A DNA stretch of 63,567 nt, the filler included, from Octopus bimaculoides (lineage: Eukaryota), in the NCBI RefSeq assembly GCF_001194135.2. It is 7 parts of 7 records of this genome, joined end to end, with 100 filler letters (N's around TTAATTAATTAA, not from the genome) between each part and the next. Parts side by side here need not be neighbours in the genome. Positions count along the whole stretch, not along the records: positions 62,195 to 63,567 come from NW_026359443.1; 6 more parts are not named here. One strand, written 5' to 3'. The translations under genes and the position numbers were made by a program. The notes beneath the pieces were generated by a model that made no database searches, had not been told where the DNA came from, and saw only the letters and a program-made list of their open reading frames with translations. How positions within the stretch are numbered: the stretch's first letter is position 1; each line of letters begins with the position of its first letter. This document shows, in pieces, positions 62,899 through 63,567 of the stretch.

Positions 62899-63050
62899 GC
62901 AGGCGTGGCAGTGTGGTAAGAAGCTTGCTTCCCAACCACGTAGTTCCGGGTTCAGTCCCACTGCGTGGCACCTTGGGCAAATGTCTTCTGCTATAGCCTC
63001 GGGCCAACCAAAGCCTTTAGAGTGGATTTGGTAGACGGAAACCCGTTGTA
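62899..63050 (+). mobile_element. SINE family A head
   Basis: gcaggcgtggcagtgtggtaagaagcttgc...ggatttggtagacggaaac. Confidence 0.85.
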
Positions 63051-63169
63051 TATATATACATATATATATATATGCGTAAGGAAGTCCATTATATATATAT
63101 ATATATATGCCTGTGTGTTTGTGTGTGTGTGTATGTGTATGTGTGTGTGTGTTTGTCTATCTATCTATC

Positions 63170-63202
<33 letters not shown>

Positions 63203-63206
<4 letters not shown>

Positions 63207-63358
63207 ATGATGGTTGTCCACTCGTGACCGAGGAGAGACGATCACTGACAACTGCCCACACAAAGTGGCAGCAATGCCTATCTATGAGATGAATATACAA
63301 GTTGTCCGGTTCATCTTGGTCTGCGTCCGCAGCTTCCATGCTCGTCGAACCTCGTCGC
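63203..63358 (-). mobile_element. 3' end of an RTE-like LINE
   Basis: Minus strand ctctcctcggtcacgagtggacaaccatcata matches the 3' terminus of the 28895-29900 element (ttcctcggtcacgagtagatgaccattatg) and is followed by a microsatellite tail. Confidence 0.65.
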
Positions 63359-63401
<43 letters not shown>

Positions 63402-63411
63402 CACACACACA

Positions 63412-63567
63412 CGACAGGCTTCTTTCAGTTTCAATCTACCAAATCCGACTCACAAGGCTTTGGTCGGCCCTATAATAATAATACAGTATAGAAGACACTT
63501 TGCTAAAGGTGCCACGCAGTGTGACTTGAACCCCCGGAGCCATGTGACTGAGAAGCAAACTTCTTAC
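63412..63567 (-). mobile_element. SINE family A head, running off the window end
   Basis: ttctttcagtttcaatctaccaaatcc...gaagacactt...gaagcaaacttcttac. Confidence 0.8.

Overview
Repeat-dense, AT-rich eukaryotic DNA. The extreme (TA/TG/TATG)n load and the SINE families suggest an octopus genome (inference, not searched). Six artificial 100-bp spacers (N44-TTAATTAATTAA-N44) split the window into seven independently assembled segments, so order and orientation across them are uncertain. The only confidently identified host gene is an extracellular-type alpha-carbonic anhydrase: two minus-strand exons (57563-57402 and 54977-54832) splice in frame and carry QSPIDI, NNGHT, Q-x-HFHW, GSEH and PLE. 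A GC-rich orphan exon candidate lies on the plus strand at 51115-51608. The rest is mobile DNA: at least four tRNA-head SINE families, RTE/BovB-like, CR1-like and R4/Dong-like LINE fragments, mariner, maT and Chapaev3-like transposase relics, and mariner MITEs. The most interesting signals are several families of minimal, Penelope-type hammerhead-ribozyme-like motifs (best at 59910-59958), a 117-bp-arm foldback carrying one such motif inside the carbonic anhydrase intron, and a near-perfect 126-bp palindrome at 36345-36470. Most long ORFs in the supplied track are microsatellite or N-gap artefacts. SINE family letters (A-D, E-G) are my own labels, and repeat boundaries are approximate.
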